Shown here: positions 63,836 to 64,000 of the stretch, piece by piece
Position numbering within the stretch: the first letter of the stretch is position 1
How the letters are laid out: every line of letters begins with the position of its first letter
Source: Naegleria gruberi
Lineage: Eukaryota
Assembly: GCA_000004985.1 (NCBI GenBank)
Contig: GG738869.1
Strand: one strand, 5' to 3'
DNA: 64,000 nucleotides
Made by a program: the position numbers and the translations under genes
Notes under the pieces: model-generated
Told to the model about the DNA's origin: nothing
What the model saw: the letters and a program-made list of their open reading frames with translations, nothing else
Databases searched by the model: none

Positions 63836-64000
63836 TGAATAAGTTGATTAGAGAGGAGATGATTGAATATATTCTCGTAGAGGAATGGAGAATGACCTAT
63901 TGTGTAAAAAACTATTCATGAAAGTCAATATCTCTTGGCATAAAAATTAGTTCAATAGTTGAGATTGAAGCATGTTTTGAAGATCGAACAAAAATGGAGC

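Noticed and set aside
1-64000. Prokaryotic-style features (operons, RBS, CRISPR arrays, rho-independent terminators)
   Set aside because: The sequence has spliceosomal GT-AG introns, type II tRNA with oligo-T termination, eukaryote-only gene families (FG repeats, EMC8, NDUFS6, G-alpha) and no repeat-spacer arrays.

Overview
This is a gene-dense eukaryotic nuclear segment, with about 40 protein genes in 64 kb (roughly one gene per 1.6 kb) and a standard genetic code. It is AT-rich, estimated at 33-35% GC. Introns are spliceosomal. Most are short (about 43-66 nt, with single introns of 98, 106 and 115 nt), and there are two outliers of about 275 nt. Every intron I could define has a GTA[A/C/G/T]GT donor (GTAAGT, GTACGT, GTAGGT or GTATGT) apart from one weaker call (GTTTGT), and most sit near gene 5' ends. 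Two tRNA genes are present, Val-AAC and Leu-CAA. There is no prokaryotic signature (no operons, CRISPR or RBS-spaced genes).

Taxonomic origin. The content fits a free-living amoeboflagellate of the Naegleria type (Heterolobosea). A small Tet/JBP-type 2OG-Fe(II) dioxygenase closely resembles, as far as I remember its sequence, the characterised Naegleria Tet-like 5mC dioxygenase family. Other consistent features are a flagellar coiled-coil (TPH/CFAP45-like) protein, many NHL/EGF/TM kinase-type receptors, a G-alpha-like protein and a DUF4116 repeat protein. A hybrid-cluster protein with an N-terminal presequence is also present. The species assignment is inference only.

Notable content:
(i) A hybrid cluster protein gene and a CPR-like diflavin (flavodoxin-FAD-NADPH) reductase gene are arranged head-to-head. 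Both carry N-terminal extensions that look like organellar presequences, which suggests an organellar HCP/NADPH-reductase module analogous to bacterial Hcp-Hcr.
(ii) A compositionally distinct, gene-poor AT-rich island (about 18.0-26.9 kb) carries the Tet/JBP dioxygenase gene and a 909-aa orphan gene. It is flanked by degenerate NHL-repeat pseudogene relics.
(iii) Ribosome-biogenesis genes GRWD1/Rrb1 and BRX1 are divergently paired. RPS8 has an ATGG|GT start-codon intron.
(iv) Aerobic complex I (NDUFS6) and anaerobic HCP genes lie in the same window.

Other identifiable genes include an NDR kinase, a serine palmitoyltransferase (LCB2), a class-3 lipase, an OSCA/TMEM63 channel, a Kv channel, EMC8/9, an F-box/LRR protein and a pseudokinase-TPR protein.

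Many first codons in the supplied ORF track are alternative (TTG/GTG) starts. Gene starts were re-evaluated by eye; they and all coordinates involving introns are manual calls.
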